Assembly (NCBI GenBank): GCA_044439985.1
Contig: JBITAG010000044.1
Location: forward strand, 1 to 43,538
Direction of reading: 5' to 3'
DNA length: 43,538 bases
Origin: Phycisphaerales bacterium JB059
GTDB lineage: Bacteria > Planctomycetota > Phycisphaerae > Phycisphaerales > UBA1924
The notes under the pieces: generated by a model
The model's database searches: none
Seen by the model: only the letters and a program-made list of their open reading frames with translations
Told to the model about the DNA's origin: nothing
Position numbers and translations under genes: made by a program
In this document: positions 8,778 through 15,922 of the stretch, in pieces
Layout: every line of letters starts with the position of its first letter
How positions within the stretch are numbered: the stretch's first letter is position 1

Positions 8778-9170
8778 ATGAACCCCGTTGACCGACGCGC
8801 GTGCGAGCGATTCACCGTCAGCCCCATGTACACGCCGGTGCGTGTGCGTCTGGAAGGGGAGACCGAGTTCGCTCGGGACGGGCACGCGTACGACATCTCG
8901 GAGAGCGGGCTCCGCTTCGAGCTGGACCACCCCGTCGAGGCGGGCACGCCGATGACCCTTGAGCTGGAGCTTCCCCGGGCGGGACTCTGGGCCTCGACCG
9001 ACGACGGCCCGGGGCGGACCATCGAGCTGAAGGCCAACGTGGTCTGGTGCGACACGGAGGAGCCCGGCCCGGCGCGGATGGCCGCTTCCGTGACCGAGTT
9101 CATCCGCGAGGGCGACAAGCCCCGCCTCATGCGCCTGCTCACGAGCGGGCAGTTCCTCCGAGCGGCCTGA
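8778..9170 (+). CDS. stand-alone PilZ-domain protein (predicted c-di-GMP receptor)
   Basis: RRACER (RxxxR) and DISESG (D/NxSxxG) motifs at the canonical spacing. GGAGG RBS 7 nt upstream of the ATG. Confidence 0.8.
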   Translation: MNPVDRRACERFTVSPMYTPVRVRLEGETEFARDGHAYDISESGLRFELDHPVEAGTPMTLELELPRAGLWASTDDGPGRTIELKANVVWCDTEEPGPARMAASVTEFIREGDKPRLMRLLTSGQFLRAA

Positions 9171-9220
9171 TCTCCCCGGAGAGATCCGTGTGATCCCCGG
9201 CGTCGCCCTACGCTTGGGCG

Positions 9221-10261
9221 ATGTTTGTCGACCGCGCGCTGATCAGGGTTCGGGCCGGGAAGGGGGGCGACGGCGCCGTCTCGTTCTACCGTGGGCGCGG
9301 CCTGCCCAAGGGCGGGCCCGACGGGGGAGACGGGGGGCGCGGCGCCGATATCTATCTCTACGCCGATACGGGCCTCAACACCCTCATCGACTTCCGGGGC
9401 GTGCGCGACTGGCACGCCGACAACGGGGAGCCGGGCCGGGGCAAGCAGCAGTTCGGCGCCGCGGCGGACGACATGACCATCCGCGTTCCCCCGGGCACCC
9501 TCGTCTACAACGACGAGACGGGTGAACTCATGGCGGACATCGGGCCGGACGAGCGCGTGCTGATCGCGCGCGGCGGCAAGGGTGGGCACGGGAACGAGCA
9601 CTTCAAGTCGGCGACCAACCAGACCCCTCGGAAAGCGACCAAGGGCCGTCCGGGCGAGGAGTTCACCCTCCGGCTCGAGCTGAAGCTCATCGCGGAGGTC
9701 GGGCTGGTCGGGCTGCCCAACGCGGGCAAGTCCACGCTGCTGAAAGCGCTCACGCGGGCGGATCCGAAGATCGCGGACTACCCGTTCACCACGCTGAGCC
9801 CGCAGCTTGGCATCGCGGAGCTGGACCCGTCACGGCGCGTGGTGATCGCGGACATCCCGGGGCTGATCGAGGGCGCCTCGGGCGGGGCGGGGCTCGGGCA
9901 CGATTTCCTGCGCCACGTCGAACGCACCAGCGTCATTCTGCACCTGCTCGACTGCGCCCCCGCCGACGGCGCCAGCCCCGCGGAGAACTACCGCACCATC
10001 CGCGCCGAGCTGGCGGGGTACTCCCCCGACCTCGCCGAGAAGCCCGAGATCATCGTCCTGAGCAAGACCGACCTCCTCCCCGACGACGAGGCCCGTCGGG
10101 AGGCGATCGCGGACCTGTGCGCCGAGCTTCGGCTCGGCGCCAACGAGACACCCCTCATGATCAGCAGCGCCTCCGGGCTGGGACTGCGCGAGCTTCTGGA
10201 GAAGCTCTGGGTCACCCTGCACGGCGCCGACGCGGAGATCGAAGGCTGGAAGCCGGCCTAG
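9221..10261 (+). CDS. obg: GTPase Obg/CgtA
   Basis: MFVDRALIRVRAGKGGDGAVSFYR Obg fold with glycine-rich repeats. G1 GLPNAGKSTLL, G3 DIPGLIEGAS, G4 SKTD. Confidence 0.95.
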   Translation: MFVDRALIRVRAGKGGDGAVSFYRGRGLPKGGPDGGDGGRGADIYLYADTGLNTLIDFRGVRDWHADNGEPGRGKQQFGAAADDMTIRVPPGTLVYNDETGELMADIGPDERVLIARGGKGGHGNEHFKSATNQTPRKATKGRPGEEFTLRLELKLIAEVGLVGLPNAGKSTLLKALTRADPKIADYPFTTLSPQLGIAELDPSRRVVIADIPGLIEGASGGAGLGHDFLRHVERTSVILHLLDCAPADGASPAENYRTIRAELAGYSPDLAEKPEIIVLSKTDLLPDDEARREAIADLCAELRLGANETPLMISSASGLGLRELLEKLWVTLHGADAEIEGWKPA

Positions 10262-10264
10262 GCG

Positions 10265-10576
10265 TCAGGTGTCGTCCGCTCGTTCAAACTTCCGGGTCAG
10301 GGCGCGTTTGATTTTCGCCGCCCCCTCGTTGATCGCGTCGTAGAGGTCATCGGACCGGTGCTCGACAGCGATGGGCTGGGCGCCCCGGGGCCGGGCCTCG
10401 ATCATGCAGCGCTTGTCGTTGGGGCCACCCTTCTGCGCGTTGGTGTCCCCGAGGTGCACTTCGACGCGGGTCAGGCGGTCCCCGAGGCGCCCGATCGCGT
10501 GGTCAACCTGCGTCCGCACGTGCTCCCGAATCGCGTCGGTCGCCTTGAACCCGTTGGCGTTGATCTCGATCTGCAT
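10265..10576 (-). CDS. hpf: ribosome hibernation-promoting factor (short HPF/RaiA type)
   Basis: MQIEINANGFKATDAIREHVRTQV...RLTRVEVHLGDTNAQKGG is typical of the sigma-54 modulation protein/S30EA family. Convergent with obg, with only 3 nt between the stops. Confidence 0.9.
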   Translation of the reverse strand: MQIEINANGFKATDAIREHVRTQVDHAIGRLGDRLTRVEVHLGDTNAQKGGPNDKRCMIEARPRGAQPIAVEHRSDDLYDAINEGAAKIKRALTRKFERADDT

Positions 10577-10744
10577 CTTGGGACCTCCCGTTCTGACCCG
10601 CCCGGATTGGCGGGCCGTGCGCTGTACGACCGGCGCCTGCCCGGGTTCGTCCGGTCCGCCCGAATCCGGGAGCGATCCGGGGCGGGCAAACCGCGGGGGC
10701 CGGGCCGGGAAGACCCGTCCGAGCCCGCGGGCGCGATCGGGGCT

Positions 10745-11395
10745 TCAGCCCGCGTCCTTGACCCGGAGCAGCGCCAGCCACTCCCGATTCCCCGCGCCCT
10801 TGCGTTTGCGTTTGGCCTTCACGGCGCCCCCGAGCACCGGGCTCTCCGTCACACCCAGGACCTCCACGCCCATCGCCGGGAGTTCCTCGACGACGCGCGA
10901 CGCGATGGCCTGGCTCCGGTCGGGATCGAGCACGCCGCCCTCGCCCAGGTCCGTCCTGTCCGCCTCGTAGTGCGGCTTGATGAGCGTGATGATGTGGGCG
11001 CCCGGCCTCGCCCACATCAGCGCCGCGGGGATCGCCTTGTCCTGCCTCGTCCAGCCGAGGTCGATCACGACCAGATCAACCCCGCCGGTGGTGTGCGTGT
11101 CGGGATGGGGCTCCGTGTGCAGCGCGTTGGAACGCTCCATGACGGTGACGCGTTCGTCCTGGCGGAGTTTCCAGGCCAGCTCCCCGTACGCCGTATCCAC
11201 GCTGTAGACCCGCGCCGCGCCGTGCTGCAAGAGGCAGTCGGTAAACCCGCCCGTGGAGCATCCGAGATCGGCGCCGATCCACCCGGTCACATCGAGGTTG
11301 AACGTGCGCAGGGCGTGCTCGAGCTTGAGCGCGCCGCGGCTGACGTACCGGCTCGGATCGGAGGGTGGGGGGGAGGTGTCCGCGTCGTCCGGCAT
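10745..11395 (-). CDS. TlyA-like rRNA 2'-O-ribose methyltransferase lacking the N-terminal S4 domain
   Basis: YVSRGALKLEHAL, GADLGCSTGGFTDCLLQHGAARVYSVD (SAM motif), YGELAWKLRQDERV. Start placed at the ATG giving MPDDADTS, 7 nt after the lpxI stop. The longer ORF start (11461) would overlap lpxI. Confidence 0.8.
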   Translation of the reverse strand: MPDDADTSPPPSDPSRYVSRGALKLEHALRTFNLDVTGWIGADLGCSTGGFTDCLLQHGAARVYSVDTAYGELAWKLRQDERVTVMERSNALHTEPHPDTHTTGGVDLVVIDLGWTRQDKAIPAALMWARPGAHIITLIKPHYEADRTDLGEGGVLDPDRSQAIASRVVEELPAMGVEVLGVTESPVLGGAVKAKRKRKGAGNREWLALLRVKDAG

Positions 11396-11402
11396 GGACG
11401 GA

Positions 11403-12347
11403 TCAGCCGACCGTGGGCACGGGAACGACACCGCCCGGTCGCGTGGCGGGCGCCCCCTCACGGATCGGGTGCGAGACGGGCACCCCGACGATCGAGATTC
11501 CCAGCCGGTCCGCGGTCTGGATCATCTCCTCCCGATCGAGCATGATCACATCCCCCGCGGCGATCGCCAGGCACCGTCCGCCGGCCTTGTGCAGGTTCTC
11601 AAGGGTCTGGATCCCGACCGTCGGCACATCCGAGCGCCGGTCGTGCTCGGCCCGGGCGCCCTTGCAGAGCGTCCAGCCGGGCACGCGGCAGATCTGCCCG
11701 GCCCGCTCGATCATCCGGTCCGTCCCCTCGACCGCCTCGACACAGATGACGTCCTTCTCGCGCACCGCGATCGACTGTCCGATGTCCAGGCGGAGCAGTT
11801 CGGTGAGCAGCGGCCAGGCAAAGTCGATGTCCGACTCCTGCTCCCGCGTCGGGCGGGTGAGGGTCATCACGCCCGCCTTGGAGAGGTGATCGGGAATCGG
11901 GCTGGTCGAATCGATCAGGGAGACACCCTGACGGTCCAGCTCTTCGGCGATCGCCGCGAGCACCGCGTGCGAGCGCCGATCGTGGCGCAGGTGCCGGCGC
12001 CAGCTGATGATGGTCCGCATGTCCGGGATGTTCCTGAAGACCCGGAAGCGATCGTGCATGAGCTGGGCCTTGTCCACCCGCCCGACCATGATCGCGTGCT
12101 GGCACCCGGACTGCTTGAGCCGCTTGGCCCACCCACCCAGGCGGAGCAGGCCGACATCGCAGAAGCTGTCGCAGAGGGGGGGGAGTTCCCCGTCGTACTG
12201 TCGGGCGAGGCCCAGACCGTGCACGGGGTGCCCGATGCTCGCAAGTCCCTTGGCGACAAGGATCGGGAGCCGCCCACCACCGGCGATCAGCCCGATGGGG
12301 GCGGGGGGCGCCGGTGGGTCAGCCAAAATGGAAAGTGTGCCACTCAT
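11403..12347 (-). CDS. lpxI: UDP-2,3-diacylglucosamine diphosphatase LpxI (DUF1009 family)
   Basis: IGLIAGGGRLPILVAKG N-terminus and IGQSIAVREKDVICVEAVEGTDRMIERAG, blocks characteristic of LpxI as I recall the family. Confidence 0.75.
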   Translation of the reverse strand: MSGTLSILADPPAPPAPIGLIAGGGRLPILVAKGLASIGHPVHGLGLARQYDGELPPLCDSFCDVGLLRLGGWAKRLKQSGCQHAIMVGRVDKAQLMHDRFRVFRNIPDMRTIISWRRHLRHDRRSHAVLAAIAEELDRQGVSLIDSTSPIPDHLSKAGVMTLTRPTREQESDIDFAWPLLTELLRLDIGQSIAVREKDVICVEAVEGTDRMIERAGQICRVPGWTLCKGARAEHDRRSDVPTVGIQTLENLHKAGGRCLAIAAGDVIMLDREEMIQTADRLGISIVGVPVSHPIREGAPATRPGGVVPVPTVG

Positions 12348-12521
12348 GGAGCGTTGGGAGAGGTCCTTGCGGCGGCGCCGGGGCCCGCCAGGCCACGATT
12401 CTACCCCCTACGTTCGGACCGAGGGGCTCCCCCCCTCCAGCGAACGCCCCGGCCCCCGATTGCGGGGTCGAGGCCCGGACGGCCGATGATCCCTCCCCCG
12501 ATCCCCCCGCTGAGGCGTCCC

Positions 12522-12752
12522 ATGTCCGATCCCGGCGTCCAACCCGCACGCACGAACCGGTCCAGCGCCCCGCTCGACGGCGCCCGCCCCTGGATCGGCG
12601 TCTTTTTCGCTTGCTCCAACGAGTACCTCCGGGTGCACCGCTCGAAGGATGGGTCGGGGTACCTCGCCCGATGCCGCACCTGCGGCAAGACGGTGCGGTT
12701 CAGGGTTGGGCAGGGGGGGTCGGACGCCCGCTTCTTCGAGGTCAGCTGCTAG
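12522..12752 (+). CDS. small Cys-containing protein (zinc-ribbon-like), unknown function
   Basis: Only the 3' end of ORF 11253..12752 is not antisense to lpxI. GAGG RBS 6 nt upstream of ATG 12522 (alternative ATG 12486). Sequence FFACSNEYLRVHRSKDGSGYLARCRTCGKTVRF. Confidence 0.45.
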   Translation: MSDPGVQPARTNRSSAPLDGARPWIGVFFACSNEYLRVHRSKDGSGYLARCRTCGKTVRFRVGQGGSDARFFEVSC

Positions 12753-12788
12753 CACTCGCTCCCCTCTCGGGTTCCCTAGACTCACACG

Positions 12789-13361
12789 ATGATCGGATCG
12801 AGTACGCCGTATGACATTGCTCGCCCCGTCCGGGCCTGCGCGTCCACCGGGCGCGCCATCGAGGTGGGGGAGACCTACATCGCGGTGCTCGTGGACTCGG
12901 CGGACGCCGACGCCCTCACCAGACAGGACTTCTCCCTCGAAGCGTGGGAGTCGGGCGCCCGACCGGAAGCTCCGGGGGAGGTCTTCGCCTTCTGGCGCAC
13001 CGTGGCCCCGGAGCCCACGGAACAGAAGAAGCCCCTCATCGACGACGATGAGCTGATGGACCTGTTCGAGCAACTCGGCGAATCGGAGGACGAGGAACGC
13101 CTCGCCTTCCGCTACCTGCTCGCCCTCGTGCTGGTCCGCAAGCGTCGCCTGATCTACGAAGGGGGCGCCCAGCCGGACCGCAAGAGCGGGCGTTCGGGCC
13201 TGATGTACGTGCGTCCCAAGGGCGTCGCGCTTCCCCCCGAGCGTGGGGGGGACGGCCCGCCATTGCTTGAGGTTGTCGACCCCGGGCTCGACGACGAGAC
13301 GATCGCCAGCGTCACCGAGCAGCTCGGGCAGATCATGAATCTGGACGAGGACCCGTCGTGA
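12789..13361 (+). CDS. hypothetical protein (acidic linker, basic helix RLAFRYLLALVLVRKRRL)
   Basis: 190-aa ORF, high GC3, 36 nt after the previous gene. Its stop overlaps the next start. Confidence 0.6.
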   Translation: MIGSSTPYDIARPVRACASTGRAIEVGETYIAVLVDSADADALTRQDFSLEAWESGARPEAPGEVFAFWRTVAPEPTEQKKPLIDDDELMDLFEQLGESEDEERLAFRYLLALVLVRKRRLIYEGGAQPDRKSGRSGLMYVRPKGVALPPERGGDGPPLLEVVDPGLDDETIASVTEQLGQIMNLDEDPS

Positions 13362-14269
13362 CCGGACGCGCCGCGATGTTCGGGCCGGCCCTCGCCCTGG
13401 CGGGGATGCTTTGCGGGTGCGCCTCGCTCGATCCGTTGGCGGGTCAGCACGAGCCGGCCTCGCAGCATGAGCCCCGTGTGCAACGCCGCGCGGCGCCCGA
13501 GTACGCCGTCATCGCCGCGAGCTTCAACGAGCGGGTGGCGCCCGCGGACACCCTCTGGGCGCGCGCGTCAATCCGTGTGGACGGGCGCGACGCCGAGGGC
13601 GGGCGGCTCAACGAGCAGGCCGAGGGGCACCTGCAGATCGAACGTCCCCGCCGGCTGGCCCTCTCCATCGGGAAGCTGGGGGAGACGCACCTCTACCTCG
13701 GCTCGAGCGACGAGGTCTACTGGTGGATGGACCTGATCGACAAGGACGACGCCTTCGCGGTCTTCGGGCGCCACGAGTTTGTGACCCCCGAGAAGGCCTC
13801 CCAGCTCGGCGTTCCCGTGCACCCGCTCGATCTGATCGACGCGATCGCGCTCTCCCCCCTCCCCGCCGAGGCGCCCGGCGCGTGGGCGGCCTGGACCGAC
13901 GACGGCACGGAGCTGGTTGTGCGGGCGCCCGGACGCTGGGGGGCGCGCCGGATGTGGCTCGATCCCGAGACCCTGGAGCCCCGGCGCGTTGAGATCGAAG
14001 ACGACGCCGGTCGGCTCCTGCTCTCGGCGGACCTGAGCCGGTACGACTATGTGCGTAAGTCGGGCGACGCGACCATCCGCCTCCGATTGGCCACGCGTTA
14101 CGAGATCAAGACCGCGGGCCTGGACGCGACGGTGCGCATTAACCTCTTCGAGCCGAAGATCCGCTCCATCCGACCCATCGCCTTCGATCTGCCCCGATTG
14201 CTCGAGACCTACCGGATCGATCAGGCGTGGGATCTTGATGCGCCGCGCGCCGGGCTGGCGGGGGACTGA
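13358..14269 (+). CDS. lipoprotein, unknown function (possibly LolA/LolB-like fold)
   Basis: GTG overlaps the upstream TGA (GTGA). Lipobox ALAGMLCGC. High GC3. The fold assignment is only a guess from the beta-rich pattern. Confidence 0.6.
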   Translation: MTGRAAMFGPALALAGMLCGCASLDPLAGQHEPASQHEPRVQRRAAPEYAVIAASFNERVAPADTLWARASIRVDGRDAEGGRLNEQAEGHLQIERPRRLALSIGKLGETHLYLGSSDEVYWWMDLIDKDDAFAVFGRHEFVTPEKASQLGVPVHPLDLIDAIALSPLPAEAPGAWAAWTDDGTELVVRAPGRWGARRMWLDPETLEPRRVEIEDDAGRLLLSADLSRYDYVRKSGDATIRLRLATRYEIKTAGLDATVRINLFEPKIRSIRPIAFDLPRLLETYRIDQAWDLDAPRAGLAGD

Positions 14270-14272
14270 TCC

Positions 14273-15811
14273 GTGCGTGGTCGGACCTGGTGGCGCCCCC
14301 TTCTCGCGCTCTGCATCTTCGCTTTCTGGATCCCCGCCGCGACCGGGCAGGAGGCCGACCCACCCGTCGCGCGGTCCGCGTGGAGCGGCGGGACGCACAC
14401 CTGGCTGATCTTCGAGGACGGGGAGGGGGGCTCCGTCCTGGCCCACTGTCCCCCGCGCCGGGCCGGTCGCGAGGGAACGTTCGCCCCCTCGGACCCCGGA
14501 ACGCTTCGGGTGGCCCGTCGGCTCGCCAGCGTGCCCCTTGGACTGGCGGGCGTGGGGGATGAGGTCTTTCTGCTGCTCCCCCCGCTCGACGACCGCCCCG
14601 CGTACGTGGCCTCGATCAAGGCGGTCCCCCCCGCGATGGGCGATTACTGGGTCTACTTTCCGCAGCGCCGGATGACCCCGCTCCCCCCCCTCCCGGACGG
14701 GTTCGAGGCCGAGTCGATCGCCGCCACCGGGCTCGGGCCGGCGGTCCTCGGGCGTCTGGGCGACCAGGACACGGTCTGCATCCGCGTCGGCGCCGGATGG
14801 TCCGTCAATCCGTTTCCCGAGGGCCGACGGGGAGCGCTCCCGATCGACACCGATGACCACGCCGCCGCCTTCCTGCGCCCGCTGTCCGCCGAGGCGGGGG
14901 AGCGGATCACGCTCCGACCCGGAGACCCACCCGAGCGATCGGCGATCGCCTTCCCCGGCGGGGAGGGGTCCTTCGTCCGTGGGTGGGCACGCGGCGGGCG
15001 GGTGGTGCTGATCACCAAAGTCGAGGGTCAACTCCGCGCCCATGCGCTCTCCGAGGAGGCGCCCGAGCTGCTGGGCACCGTCGGGCCGGCGCCGGAACGG
15101 GTGACCACCGGGATCTCCGTGGGCGGGGGCGTGCTCATCGCCGCCTGGGCGGGCGAGGACGGGGAACCGGGCGGCGTCGAACTCGTCGAACTCTCCCTCA
15201 CGACGGGCGCGGAGCTGTACGCCGGGCCGGCGGTCAACGCCATGCCGATCAGTCCGGCGCAGTTCCGACTGCTCGCGGCCGCCCTTGTGGCCCTGATGGC
15301 GTTGGTGCTGCTGGTTGTGCTGGTTCCGGTCCGGGAGCAACCCGTCGTGCTTCCCCCGGATACCGCCCTCGCCGAGCCCGGGCGTCGCCTGGTCGCGACG
15401 GTGATCGATGGGCTGCTCTCCGCGTTCGTGGTGAGTGTGGTGTACGGCGTCCCGGTGCTCCACATCCTCACGTTCCGGGTGCTGGTCGAGCCCACGGAGG
15501 CGTGGAGTTCGATCATCGGGGTGCTGCTCGTGGGATTCCTGATCGGGTCGGTCGGGGAGGGGGTGTTCGGGCGGTCGCCGGGCAAGGCCCTGACCGGCTG
15601 CCGCGTGATCCGGGCGCACGCCGCGGGCGGGTCGGTCCGCGCGGGGCTGGGTCGGTCGATCCTGCGCAACGCGTTGAAGTGGGGGGCGCCCCCGGTCGCG
15701 GCGTTGACGCTCGTCGACCCCTCCGGTCGGAGCCGGGCGGACGTGCTCACGGGGCTCGCGGTCGTGGTGGACCCGGAGAAGACGCCCCCCGAGCCGGGCG
15801 ATGAGGACTGA
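14273..15811 (+). CDS. membrane protein: signal peptide + ~330-aa periplasmic domain + C-terminal RDD domain
   Basis: Starts 3 nt after the previous stop. N-terminal signal WWRPLLALCIFAFWIPAATGQ. RDD-family block RRLVATVIDGLLSAFVV ... GRSPGKALTGCRVI ... LRNALKW. Confidence 0.7.
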   Translation: MRGRTWWRPLLALCIFAFWIPAATGQEADPPVARSAWSGGTHTWLIFEDGEGGSVLAHCPPRRAGREGTFAPSDPGTLRVARRLASVPLGLAGVGDEVFLLLPPLDDRPAYVASIKAVPPAMGDYWVYFPQRRMTPLPPLPDGFEAESIAATGLGPAVLGRLGDQDTVCIRVGAGWSVNPFPEGRRGALPIDTDDHAAAFLRPLSAEAGERITLRPGDPPERSAIAFPGGEGSFVRGWARGGRVVLITKVEGQLRAHALSEEAPELLGTVGPAPERVTTGISVGGGVLIAAWAGEDGEPGGVELVELSLTTGAELYAGPAVNAMPISPAQFRLLAAALVALMALVLLVVLVPVREQPVVLPPDTALAEPGRRLVATVIDGLLSAFVVSVVYGVPVLHILTFRVLVEPTEAWSSIIGVLLVGFLIGSVGEGVFGRSPGKALTGCRVIRAHAAGGSVRAGLGRSILRNALKWGAPPVAALTLVDPSGRSRADVLTGLAVVVDPEKTPPEPGDED

Positions 15812-15833
15812 ACGCACGCGGCGCAGAAACTGC

Positions 15834-15863
15834 TGAAGTTGTCGGGGGGGGACACCCGATAAT
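15834..15863 (+). promoter_or_regulatory. sigma-28 (FliA)-like promoter candidate with a G8 tract in the spacer
   Basis: TGAAGTTG (15834-15841; 6/8 to TAAAGTTT), then tc-GGGGGGGG-acac, then CCCGATAAT (15855-15863; 7/8 to GCCGATAA). The spacer is 2 nt longer than canonical. It lies in the 111-nt gap upstream of the TPR gene. Confidence 0.3.
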
Positions 15864-15889
15864 CTTGCGCACCCGCAGGACGCGGGCGT

Positions 15890-15910
15890 CCCGGGCGAGG
15901 ATCGCCCGGG
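15890..15910 (+). other. 8-bp perfect hairpin 12 nt upstream of the TPR gene start (leader structure or terminator of the RDD gene)
   Basis: CCCGGGCG-aggat-CGCCCGGG, immediately followed by RBS GGGAG (15916-15920) and ATG 15923. Confidence 0.3.
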
Positions 15911-15922
15911 CGATCGGGAGCG

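Noticed and set aside
12100-12116. Good sigma-54 consensus match TGGCACccggaCTGCTT on the plus strand
   Set aside because: It lies inside the lpxI coding region on the antisense strand, about 400 nt from the nearest plus-strand start (12522). It is most likely a chance match in coding DNA. It would only be worth revisiting if transcription start mapping showed a start near 12126.
11253-12485. 5' four-fifths of the 499-aa plus-strand ORF 11253..12752
   Set aside because: It is antisense to tlyA-like and lpxI, which have clear family motifs. Only the last ~76 codons (from ATG 12522, with its own RBS), beyond the lpxI start, look like an independent small gene.
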